From the NCBI GenBank assembly GCA_963745075.1, contig CAVUWV010000012.1, forward strand, positions 64,001-128,000: DNA of 64,000 nucleotides, read 5' to 3'. The translations under genes and the position numbers were made by a program. A model generated the notes under the pieces. It was not told the origin of the DNA. It worked only from the letters and a program-made list of their open reading frames with translations, and did no database searches. Shown here piece after piece: positions 1-8,332 of the stretch. Position 1 is the stretch's first letter. Every line of letters begins with the position of its first letter. The stretch is from Candidatus Hydrogenedentota bacterium (GTDB lineage Bacteria; Hydrogenedentota; Hydrogenedentia; Hydrogenedentales; SLHB01).

Positions 1-2
1 AC

Positions 3-827
3 GACAAAGCGTTCAGTGCGAAGGAAGGGCTTTTCGAAACTGCGAATCGAGGGACGCTATTCCTGGACGAAATCGGGAAGACCACGAAAGAGTTTCAGAG
101 CAAACTGCTCAAGGTTCTTGATACGGGTGAATACCGGCGTTTGGGCGGGAACCAGTCCCGCCAAACGTCATGCTATGTAATTCTGGCCGCCAGCGAGGAC
201 CCGGAATTCCTGATCAAAGAGGGAATACTTCTTGAGGAACTTTGGTATCGAACCGGCGCCTTTACCGTCACCCTACCACCATTGCGTGAACGCGGTCAGG
301 ATTTGGATTTGCTCGTCGAGATGGCCGTTGAACATCTGGGGCAATCGCACGAGACCGGCCAATCGAAGCGTGTATCGCCGCAAGTATTGGCCCTGTTTCG
401 CGGTTATCACTGGCCGGGGAATGTCCGGGAACTCATGCAATACCTGGATGTCGCTCATGCGTTGGCGCCATCCGACGCGCCGGAAATAGACGTTGCGCAC
501 TTGCCCGAGAATCTGTTGCGAAGTCTTGGTGTACGTCCTGCGACGGAAACCACACGACCGGGCTTGGATACTACCAAGGCCTGGGATGAGGTCATTTCGG
601 CGGTCGAGCGCGAGTATCTCGTATGCCTGGTTCGCGAATGCGAAGGTAACCTTATGGAAGTGGCACGCCGTTCTGACAAGGCGTACCAAACGATTCACAC
701 CAAGTTGAAGCTGTTTCGCGGCTGGCTCGACGAAGCGGCGACGCCGGAGCGCGAGGCGGAAAAGAATCGCCTGCGATCGCTTGCCGACGCCTATTGGAAC
801 GTCATCGAAAAGGGGGCGACGCCATGA
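3..827 (+). CDS. Sigma54-interaction (NtrC/Fis-type AAA+) transcriptional regulator, 5'-truncated by the window edge, with degenerate motifs
   Basis: Frame is open from nt 3: ..[25 protein letters not shown] (Walker B), then [17 protein letters not shown] and a C-terminal HTH-like segment (GNLMEVARRSD). Confidence 0.85.
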   Translation, partial: DKAFSAKEGLFETANRGTLFLDEIGKTTKEFQSKLLKVLDTGEYRRLGGNQSRQTSCYVILAASEDPEFLIKEGILLEELWYRTGAFTVTLPPLRERGQDLDLLVEMAVEHLGQSHETGQSKRVSPQVLALFRGYHWPGNVRELMQYLDVAHALAPSDAPEIDVAHLPENLLRSLGVRPATETTRPGLDTTKAWDEVISAVEREYLVCLVRECEGNLMEVARRSDKAYQTIHTKLKLFRGWLDEAATPEREAEKNRLRSLADAYWNVIEKGATP

Positions 828-890
828 GTTCCAAGGGCATCAGGCTCGAACGAAATGCGCGGCTGTCGGCAAGACTCTCTTTCCATAAAC

Positions 891-917
891 TAGATAGCTT
901 GACGGTGTCGCTATCTA
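891..917. promoter_or_regulatory. Palindrome TAGATAGC-N11-GCTATCTA, candidate upstream activator sequence
   Basis: Perfect 8-bp inverted repeat about 140 bp upstream of the sigma54 promoter at 1049; an extra half-site TGGATAGC lies at 923-930. Confidence 0.45.
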
Positions 918-1048
918 AACATTGGATAGCGGGTCGCCGCAAATACTCAGGTTCTCTCTTTTCCGAATGCCATCTCTTGTTTCATAAGATATTATATTGC
1001 ATTGCTTTACATGTCAATGCGTGTTTTGCGGTTCCAAGTTCCAGATCT

Positions 1049-1064
1049 TGGCACAGACGTTGCT
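1049..1064 (+). promoter_or_regulatory. Sigma54 (-24/-12) promoter
   Basis: TGGCACAGACGTTGCT fits GG-N10-GC and the TGGCAC-N5-TTGC consensus; it is intergenic and preceded by an AT-rich tract. Confidence 0.75.
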
Positions 1065-1127
1065 CTTCTACTGGGCGTCAGGGAAATGAACCCGCAACGC
1101 AGTACGTAGCCAGGGAGATTAGGAACT

Positions 1128-1292
1128 ATGAGCGCAAATCAGAAAACTCGGTTGATGATTGCGGCCATGGACCTGCTGAAGGTTCTCGACCGCCGCGAGG
1201 TGTCGGAAGGCGAACTGCTCACGCGTGTCGCCTCCATGTACTACGAGGTGGGGAACGCGCGGAGACATCTTCTCGTGTTGTCGGAGTCTTAA
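1128..1292 (+). CDS. Small hypothetical protein, 54 aa (MSANQKTRLMIAAMDLLKVLDRREVSEGELLTRVASMYYEVGNARRHLLVLSES)
   Basis: Translated by hand (below the ORF-track cutoff). GGGAG/AGGA RBS upstream, typical codon usage, about 65 nt downstream of the sigma54 promoter. Confidence 0.6.
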   Translation: MSANQKTRLMIAAMDLLKVLDRREVSEGELLTRVASMYYEVGNARRHLLVLSES

Positions 1293-1519
1293 GAATACGC
1301 CGGTGGTGGGTGCCGAAGGTCGCTACGATGAACGGCAATCTTCTCGGTAACGTTTGGAGTCAGGGTGTGCGGTGCGCGTTTCGGACGCGCGCCGTTCATT
1401 CTGTAGTCTTGGTGGCGCCATAATAATGATGCGGTTGGCGCAACCCGGGAAGAGTTACGAGAAAAGCTGGGACATGCGGAGGACGCTTGGCGCGGTCCTG
1501 GCTCAGAAGGATTTATGTC

Positions 1520-3952
1520 ATGGCCGATGACGTTCATACGCGAAAAGCATGGAACGATTCCGCCGATGCCCGGGACTCGGCGAGTACGCCTACGCCGTCT
1601 CCGGATTTTGATGGCATTCCTTCAACCAGGATTACCAAGTGGACCATTAGCGGGGAACAGTTGTTGGGAAGTCAGATCGACAACTTCCGCGTCGAAGGAA
1701 TTGTGGCCCAGGGCGGTTTTGGGTTGGTGTGTAAGGCGACCGATGTGAAGCTGAACCGGGTCGTCGCACTCAAGTTTCTCAAGAACCGTCTTGACGAAAA
1801 GCATTTTCAACTTTTTGAGCGTGAAGCGCGCATCCTTGCCCGGCTGGGCAAGGAACCGTCCATTGTGGAGGTCTATGCGTGGGGTGAATACCAGGGGTAT
1901 AATTATTTTGCGATGGAGTATCTTCCGCTTACGGCGGACGCAATCCTGCAGAAACACCCCACCGGATTAAACCCCGCGCGAGCCATCGAGATCGTTGCGG
2001 ACTGTGCCGAGGCGCTCGCCTCGGCCCATCGCGAGGGAATCGTTCACCGGGACATCAAACCCCCGAACATCCTGCTGGATAGCGAAGAGGGCCGGGCCAA
2101 ACTGGCCGACTTCGGGTTGAGCCGGATCTTGGAATCAACCGAATCCATCATTGGCGGAACGATCAGCGGTTCGCCGCCGTACATGTCTCCCGAACAAGCC
2201 TCCGCGGAACCTGCCGACCATCGATCGGATATCTTCTCCCTCGGGGTGTCCCTCTACGAACTTTTGTGCGGAAAACGGCCGTTCGAAGCGGCGTCTTCCG
2301 GAGAGTACCTCGAAAACATCCGAAACAATATCCGCGTGCCGTTGGCAAAACGCAGAGTCAATCTGCCTCCGAACGTAATCCAGGCGGTCGAACGCGCAAC
2401 CAGGCATGCACCGAAGGATCGTTTTCAATCGGCCGAGGAATTCGCTTGCGTACTCCGCGGCATCCTGGCGACGTTGCCGGACTACGTGGAAACCACGATC
2501 TCGGGGCGAGTGGGAACTCGGTTTGGGCAACGAGTGAGGTTCTTGCGGAAGCCCATTCTCTGGGGTTTGGCGGCGGTGCTCGTGTTTGTGTCCGGCCTGT
2601 GGTTCACGACGTCCAGGCCGTTACCCGAAATTACGACGGACCTGAAAGTTGCCGACGCGGCTCTGGACCAGGGTGATGCCGTGGCTGCCGCGGCCCGCTA
2701 TCAGAAAATCCTGGCGAAGGATCCGGCCAGCGATCCGGCGCGTTACGGGTTGGCATACGCGTTCTTGCGCCAGGGGAAACTCGATGACGCCGCTGGAGCT
2801 TTCGCGGACCTGAATAATGAGTCGTTGCGTGTGGAAGGCAATGCAGCCGTCGCCTATGCGGAAAACGGGGCCGAAGCCGCGCCGGTAGTCGAAAAAGCCG
2901 TGGGAAACGCTCAAACCGCGTATCTGCAGGCGCTGGGATGTGCAATTGAATTGGATCTGGCGCAGTACTCGAAAGTGGTGTCTGTTGGAAAAGGACTGCA
3001 AGATGCATCGTTCCCGTTTGAGTGGCAGCGAGCGGAATTGCTTCAGGCTTTGGGTCAAGCGTACTACCGGCTGGGCAACTTCGCGGACGCCAAGGCGATC
3101 TTCTCTCGACTGAAACCGCTGACCTCATCGGCGCCAGAGGTGGCGAACGCCTATTTGCGCTTGGCCAATGCCCGGCTCGACGAACAGTTGCAGGACAAAG
3201 CCTTAACGCGCGCAGCCGAAATTCGCGACCTTATAGACTCCGGAGCCGTTCCGGTCATGGAAGATCAATGGTCCAGTCGTCCGCTCACGTTTGTCCTGCT
3301 GCCGGTGGAAGCCAACCCAAGCGACTATGCAAATCGGTCCGGTTTGGTGGACGTGCTACCGATGCTCTTGGGTGAGGAACTTGAAAGTCGAACCGCCCTC
3401 AACCTTGTGGATCGCGAGTTGATTGGCGAGGTGCTGGCGGAACAGAAATTGTCCGCGCTGCTGAGCCAACAAGCGGGGCAACTTGAGTTTGGTCGAATAC
3501 TCGGCGCGCGTCTCATCATGCGGTGCATATTTGGAAGGCTCGGCGGTTCCGAATTCGTGAAAGCGAAGGTTGTAGACGCGGAAACCGGTGAGGAAGTGAT
3601 TGTGCCGCGTGTCGATCTCCAGCGGTCCACGAGTCCCGACGCGCTCTTGGGTACTCTCGCGGACGAAATCGGTCACGCCGTGAAACAGCACTACCCGTTG
3701 CGCGCCCGACTCACCCGAGAGGGCGACCGTGCGCGGATTGACATTGGATCTTCTGAGGGCGTTCAACCGGCAATGCGTTTTCAGATCGCCGTCGGCGCCG
3801 ACCGATCGACTCTGATCCCCGACCGTCTGGCAATCGTTGAAGAACCTGTGGATGTCGAGTCGGCACACGTCCGGGTGGACGGCTTCTCTCCGGCCGATAT
3901 CCCGGAGGATGGTCTTTATGTCGTTCAACAGAACGTGACGGAGCAGCGGTAG
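1520..3952 (+). CDS. Membrane Hanks-type Ser/Thr kinase with extracytoplasmic TPR repeats and a CsgG/HfaB-like + FlgT-C-like domain
   Basis: QGGFG, VALK, HRDIKPPN, DFG and YMSPE motifs; TM ILWGLAAVLVFVSGLWF; TPR-like helices; LVDRELIGEVLAEQKLS..GRILGA. Start moved to the ATG at 1520. Confidence 0.9.
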   Translation: MADDVHTRKAWNDSADARDSASTPTPSPDFDGIPSTRITKWTISGEQLLGSQIDNFRVEGIVAQGGFGLVCKATDVKLNRVVALKFLKNRLDEKHFQLFEREARILARLGKEPSIVEVYAWGEYQGYNYFAMEYLPLTADAILQKHPTGLNPARAIEIVADCAEALASAHREGIVHRDIKPPNILLDSEEGRAKLADFGLSRILESTESIIGGTISGSPPYMSPEQASAEPADHRSDIFSLGVSLYELLCGKRPFEAASSGEYLENIRNNIRVPLAKRRVNLPPNVIQAVERATRHAPKDRFQSAEEFACVLRGILATLPDYVETTISGRVGTRFGQRVRFLRKPILWGLAAVLVFVSGLWFTTSRPLPEITTDLKVADAALDQGDAVAAAARYQKILAKDPASDPARYGLAYAFLRQGKLDDAAGAFADLNNESLRVEGNAAVAYAENGAEAAPVVEKAVGNAQTAYLQALGCAIELDLAQYSKVVSVGKGLQDASFPFEWQRAELLQALGQAYYRLGNFADAKAIFSRLKPLTSSAPEVANAYLRLANARLDEQLQDKALTRAAEIRDLIDSGAVPVMEDQWSSRPLTFVLLPVEANPSDYANRSGLVDVLPMLLGEELESRTALNLVDRELIGEVLAEQKLSALLSQQAGQLEFGRILGARLIMRCIFGRLGGSEFVKAKVVDAETGEEVIVPRVDLQRSTSPDALLGTLADEIGHAVKQHYPLRARLTREGDRARIDIGSSEGVQPAMRFQIAVGADRSTLIPDRLAIVEEPVDVESAHVRVDGFSPADIPEDGLYVVQQNVTEQR

Positions 3953-3954
3953 AC

Positions 3955-6522
3955 GTGCGCAGACTAGGAATCAGTGTCGCATTCGCAGCGTTAACCACAT
4001 TGCTGCTTGCTCCGGGGTGTACGACCATTTCTTCTCAATCGGCGCAGTATGAGCGCAACGGCGTGCGATACGGGGTTACGAAGGGCACGTTTCGCGGACG
4101 GTGGTGGAACTACTACGAACGGGGCCGTTCCTTCTCCGACGGCGCGTTCTGGTCCGAGGCGGAAAGTGATCTCCGGACGGCATTGGCTTCGCGAAGCCGG
4201 GACCAACTCTGGTCGCGCACGTACGGCCTGCACTTTTTGCCTGAGTACTTTCCCCATCGCGAACTGGGCATCGTATTCTTTCATCAAGAACGCTTCGACG
4301 AAGCAGCAGCAGAGTTGGAGACGAGCTTGGCGCAGCAATACTCTGCGCGCGCAGCGTATTTCCTCAACGAGGCGCGTCGCGAACAGATCGCGAAAATCGC
4401 CAACGATCGCGAACCGCCAACGATCACCTTACAATTCTCCGAAGAAACCGGGGTGATCGATTCGCTAGAGATTGTTCCGAAGGGGGTTGTTGAAGACGAC
4501 ACCTACGTCTCACGCCTGACGATCGATGGACGGGATGTACCGCTTCAAGTTTCCGCGCCCCGAATCGAATTTCCGGGACCTTTGGTTACCGATTCTTTCC
4601 ACGTGACACTGGCCCCTGGCAGAAACGTCGTGGAGGTAGAGGCGGAAGACCTGTCCGGAAAAGTCACCCAGCGGCAAATCATCCTAACGACTGACGTCGA
4701 CGGCCCGGCGGTCAGTTTTAACGCCCCCGTCGTGGTGCCGGGAACTATCCGAGGCGTGGCGCTGGACCCCTCCGGAGTCAAGGCGTTGACTATCAACGGT
4801 CAGAATGCGGCACTACAGCGTACTGCGCGAGAGCAGGTTGCTTTTGAGGTGAAGGTAACGTCCGCAAAACCCGATAGCCCCCTGCAATACGAGTGCACCG
4901 ATGAGAAGGGAAATGTCACCCGGGGACGGGTTCCCGTCAATGGTCTTGTTTTGTCCAAGACCATTCCTGCGGTTATGCCTGCGAGCAACGGCGTTTCTGT
5001 CGAACGGTTAGGGCCGGGGCTTGCAGGCCTGAACGTGAACGGCGTTTTGGTGGCGGTTGCAGCAGATGCGCGGCACGCTGCGGAGCCGGAGATTCGCTTT
5101 CCAAACCTGCGCGACGGGCAACAATATCTTATGGACGAGGTTATTGTGGGCCTCGACGTGGCCGCGCCCAACCCCATCGCAGAAGCTCGCATTAACGATG
5201 TCGATTTGAATCTTGCGCCGGATCGTTCTCTGCAACATCTCAGCCGTCGGCTACGCCTTGTGCCCGGGCCAAATGTCATTCACGCGGACGTCCGAGATGC
5301 GCAGGGGAAGACGTCGAAAGCCAGTCTGACCGTTGAACGGAAATTCACCGATCTGGAGCAGCGCGTCAATCACCTTAACGCCGCGATTCTGGGATTCGTA
5401 GCGGAGGGCAATGCGCCGCGAGTCGATGACGAACCGGATTTTATTCGTGATGAACTGATCGGTCAGTTGAGCCGACAGAATCGGTTCCAATTCGTCGATC
5501 GGAGACTTCTTCCGGACGTAATCGCGGAGCAGCAACTCAGTGCGGCGCTGAGTTCGAAGGAGGGCCGGCTCGCCTTGGGCCGGGTCATTCCCGCGGAGAT
5601 CTTCTTAACCGGTCGCATTCATCGCGACGCCGATTCGATCGAAATCGTTGTCGAAGCAATCAGTACCGAAACCGCATTGTTTGTCGCCCGGAGCGACGTT
5701 GCGGGCCGCGCCGACACGCCGGACGAACTCGAAGGACTGGTTCGCGATCTCGCGTTGCGGATCGTACAGGAGTTTCCGCGCGTCCAGGGTGAGGTGGCCA
5801 GGGTTCGGGGAGAGCCCCCGTCGCAACGGGTTCGGCCGACCGTGGCCATTCCTGCGAGTCAATGGGATACCGCCGGGGTATTAACCGCAGATGAATTGAC
5901 GTGGGTCATCGACGAATTTGAGCGGGAATTGCAACAGGCAAACCGATTTAATTTCGTGAGCCGGGACAGGCTCGATACGATTCAGCGCGAAACAAGGCTT
6001 AGCGAGACGTTGGGCCCGGAGGAAAAACGCCTCGCGCTCGGAAGAATTCTGCCGGCAGATGTGCTGCTGGAAGTCCAGTTTCAGCGGGTCGCCGGAAACG
6101 TGACGGCAGTCGGCGCGTCGATCGACACGCGTACCATGGAAGCGACGATTCGTCATACCGTTTCACAGGCGGCGAGTGACGAAGACGGGTTTCGAAACCT
6201 TGGGCGCTATTTGGCGCGGGAACTGCTTCCGTTACTTCCAACCGAGGGACGTTATGACGATGCGGGGCGTAGCGCGCCGCGTATCACCGCCACGCTCACG
6301 AGCAAGCAAGGCGTAAGCGAATCGATGAAATACGTCGTCTTTCGATACGGACCGGAGATCCTCGATCCGATAACGAAGGAAGTCATCGGACAGGAGACCG
6401 AAATCGTTGGCGAAGGACTTGTGCAATCCGTGAATGACTCGTCGAGCGTCGCCGAAATGCTCTCGACAAACGCGGCGCTTCCCGTTCCCGTTCGGGCAGG
6501 TGATTATGTGGCAACAAAATAG
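3955..6522 (+). CDS. Lipoprotein with TPR, Ig-like repeats and two CsgG/HfaB-like domains
   Basis: Lipobox LAPGC; TPR-like N-terminus; Ig-like repeats (LAPGRNVVEVEAED, LVPGPNVIHADVRD); FVDRRLLPDVIAEQQLS and FVSRDRLDTIQRETRLS; C-terminal ILDPITKEVIG. Confidence 0.8.
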   Translation: MRRLGISVAFAALTTLLLAPGCTTISSQSAQYERNGVRYGVTKGTFRGRWWNYYERGRSFSDGAFWSEAESDLRTALASRSRDQLWSRTYGLHFLPEYFPHRELGIVFFHQERFDEAAAELETSLAQQYSARAAYFLNEARREQIAKIANDREPPTITLQFSEETGVIDSLEIVPKGVVEDDTYVSRLTIDGRDVPLQVSAPRIEFPGPLVTDSFHVTLAPGRNVVEVEAEDLSGKVTQRQIILTTDVDGPAVSFNAPVVVPGTIRGVALDPSGVKALTINGQNAALQRTAREQVAFEVKVTSAKPDSPLQYECTDEKGNVTRGRVPVNGLVLSKTIPAVMPASNGVSVERLGPGLAGLNVNGVLVAVAADARHAAEPEIRFPNLRDGQQYLMDEVIVGLDVAAPNPIAEARINDVDLNLAPDRSLQHLSRRLRLVPGPNVIHADVRDAQGKTSKASLTVERKFTDLEQRVNHLNAAILGFVAEGNAPRVDDEPDFIRDELIGQLSRQNRFQFVDRRLLPDVIAEQQLSAALSSKEGRLALGRVIPAEIFLTGRIHRDADSIEIVVEAISTETALFVARSDVAGRADTPDELEGLVRDLALRIVQEFPRVQGEVARVRGEPPSQRVRPTVAIPASQWDTAGVLTADELTWVIDEFERELQQANRFNFVSRDRLDTIQRETRLSETLGPEEKRLALGRILPADVLLEVQFQRVAGNVTAVGASIDTRTMEATIRHTVSQAASDEDGFRNLGRYLARELLPLLPTEGRYDDAGRSAPRITATLTSKQGVSESMKYVVFRYGPEILDPITKEVIGQETEIVGEGLVQSVNDSSSVAEMLSTNAALPVPVRAGDYVATK

Positions 6523-7912
6523 GTCAGGATTTCGAGGCCTTGTTCGCACGCTGCCGGCGGTTCTCCTGTTGGCGGCGGGGAGTGCGTTTTGCTCGGCGCA
6601 AGAACTCGAAATCGCGATCTCGCCCAGTCCTGTGGGATCGGGGGCACGGGCCGCCGGTATGGCCGACGCCTTTGTGGCCATCGCCGATGACGCGACGGCC
6701 GCTTCCTGGAACCCCGCCGGTCTGGTCCAACTGGAACGGCCGGAATTATCCATTGTGGGGGCCTATAACGGTCTCGTCGAAGACTTTCGCGCCGACTGGC
6801 ACGACGAAGTCGATTCCAGGCATAGCGATGACAATCTCGATTTGAACTTTCTCAGTTTCACGTACCCGTTCCCCGCTTTGATTCTAGGGCGAAATTCCTC
6901 CGTCGGTCTGTACTATCAGCACAAATACGATCTCTCGCGAAAGTTCAAACTGGATTTCAATCAATCGACCGTGGGATCAGACGGTATCGTATTCAATAAT
7001 TTTTCCGAACTCGATTTCAAACAGGACGGTGCGCTCAGCGCCATCACGCCCGCGTTCGCCTTCGAGGTAACGCACCGCCTGGCCCTCGGGGTGGCGGTTA
7101 ATCTCTGGCGGAGCAGCATCTTCTCCGAAAATGGATGGACGCGTGACCAGCGCGATCAGACGTTTTCCCATTCGGCAAACGGCGGCGGGCTGGCGATTAC
7201 GAGTCTCCATGAGAAGTACGAGGATGTCGAGGGCGAAAATCTAACGGTTGGATTGCTTTGGAATGTCACGGACAAGTGGAGCATCGGAGTCCGGTACGAC
7301 TCCGCGTTTACCGCGGATAGCGATTATACGCGACACGGTTCCACGCTCCAGATCAATCTGCCTCAGAACAGCCGGGCCATGAGCTATTTTCCGAAAAATC
7401 GAAAGTCGAATCGCGAGATTCGCTTGCCGTCAACGGTCGCGGTCGGCGCCGCCTATCGCGCAAACGACCGACTCACACTATCATGCGATGTCACCACCAC
7501 GGACTGGAACGACTTCTGGTTCAAGGACGAAAGCGGGAATCGCAAGTCCCTGGTCAACGCGCGCAATCTGGATCAAGTCTGGTTTGCACCGCACTTCGAG
7601 CCCACCTATACCGTCCGTCTCGGCGGGGAGTACGTCTTTATTCCGAAGCAGCCGGATGAAGTGCTGGGGCGTATTTGGACCCTCCGTGGCGGCTTGTTTT
7701 ACGATCAGGAGCCGGCATCGGGAGGTCCGGATAACTTCTGGGGTGGCGCGGTAGGTGTGGGCCTGTTGGCGAAAGAGCGAGTCAATGTCGATCTCGCCTA
7801 TCAGGTGCGTTACGGGCACGAGGTAAACCACGACTTCGTCCGCGGCGTTCCCGGTTTTGATGAAGACGTAATTCAGAGTCGATTTCTCATATCAACGGTC
7901 ATCTACTTTTAG
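6506..7912 (+). CDS. Outer-membrane beta-barrel, FadL/TodX or PorV/PorQ-like
   Basis: Signal peptide; GARAAGMADAFVAIADDATAASWNPAGL signature; amphipathic strands; C-terminal Phe (VIYF). The start overlaps the end of the upstream gene. Confidence 0.85.
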   Translation: MWQQNRSGFRGLVRTLPAVLLLAAGSAFCSAQELEIAISPSPVGSGARAAGMADAFVAIADDATAASWNPAGLVQLERPELSIVGAYNGLVEDFRADWHDEVDSRHSDDNLDLNFLSFTYPFPALILGRNSSVGLYYQHKYDLSRKFKLDFNQSTVGSDGIVFNNFSELDFKQDGALSAITPAFAFEVTHRLALGVAVNLWRSSIFSENGWTRDQRDQTFSHSANGGGLAITSLHEKYEDVEGENLTVGLLWNVTDKWSIGVRYDSAFTADSDYTRHGSTLQINLPQNSRAMSYFPKNRKSNREIRLPSTVAVGAAYRANDRLTLSCDVTTTDWNDFWFKDESGNRKSLVNARNLDQVWFAPHFEPTYTVRLGGEYVFIPKQPDEVLGRIWTLRGGLFYDQEPASGGPDNFWGGAVGVGLLAKERVNVDLAYQVRYGHEVNHDFVRGVPGFDEDVIQSRFLISTVIYF

Positions 7913-7923
7913 AGGAGGGGTTC

Positions 7924-8139
7924 ATGAAACACATCCAAGCCTTATCTCAAGAGCGCCCGGCGATGGCGCAGTTCGAGCCGATTCTTCAGTTCATCGGAAT
8001 CATCCAATCCATTCTCGGCACGCCGGGAATCGTCATCCAGAATGTGACGGCGGCCATTGGTGTGTTTGGCACAGCGATTTCCGTGCTGCAAAACTGGCAA
8101 TTGCTGCAGCAATTGAAGGCCCAAAACCAAGGCGAGTAA
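7924..8139 (+). CDS. Small protein, 71 aa: polar leader followed by an amphipathic hydrophobic helix
   Basis: Strong RBS GAGGAGG immediately after the barrel stop codon; 71-codon ORF. Confidence 0.75.
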   Translation: MKHIQALSQERPAMAQFEPILQFIGIIQSILGTPGIVIQNVTAAIGVFGTAISVLQNWQLLQQLKAQNQGE

Positions 8140-8332
8140 CGAATCCAGTTTTTGCGTGAGGTCCTGTTTGCTAACTGATTTGACTCGGGCGTGCCGAACG
8201 AACTGCCCCTTTGAACGTGCCTCTGAGCGGCCGCCATCGCTGCGCAACCCATGATCGAACATATGGGTAAGCGTGATGGAATATCTATTGAAAGCCCCAA
8301 TACGCGAAATCGCCAGCAACCATAAGTCTTTC

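Noticed and set aside
794..1423. 209-aa ORF in the ORF track
   Set aside because: It spans the promoter, enhancer and the better-supported 54-aa ORF in another frame, and its composition is not protein-like.
1488..1503. GG-N10-GC match (TGGCGCGGTCCTGGCT) before the kinase
   Set aside because: The -12 element is poor and it is too close to the ATG at 1520 to leave room for an RBS.
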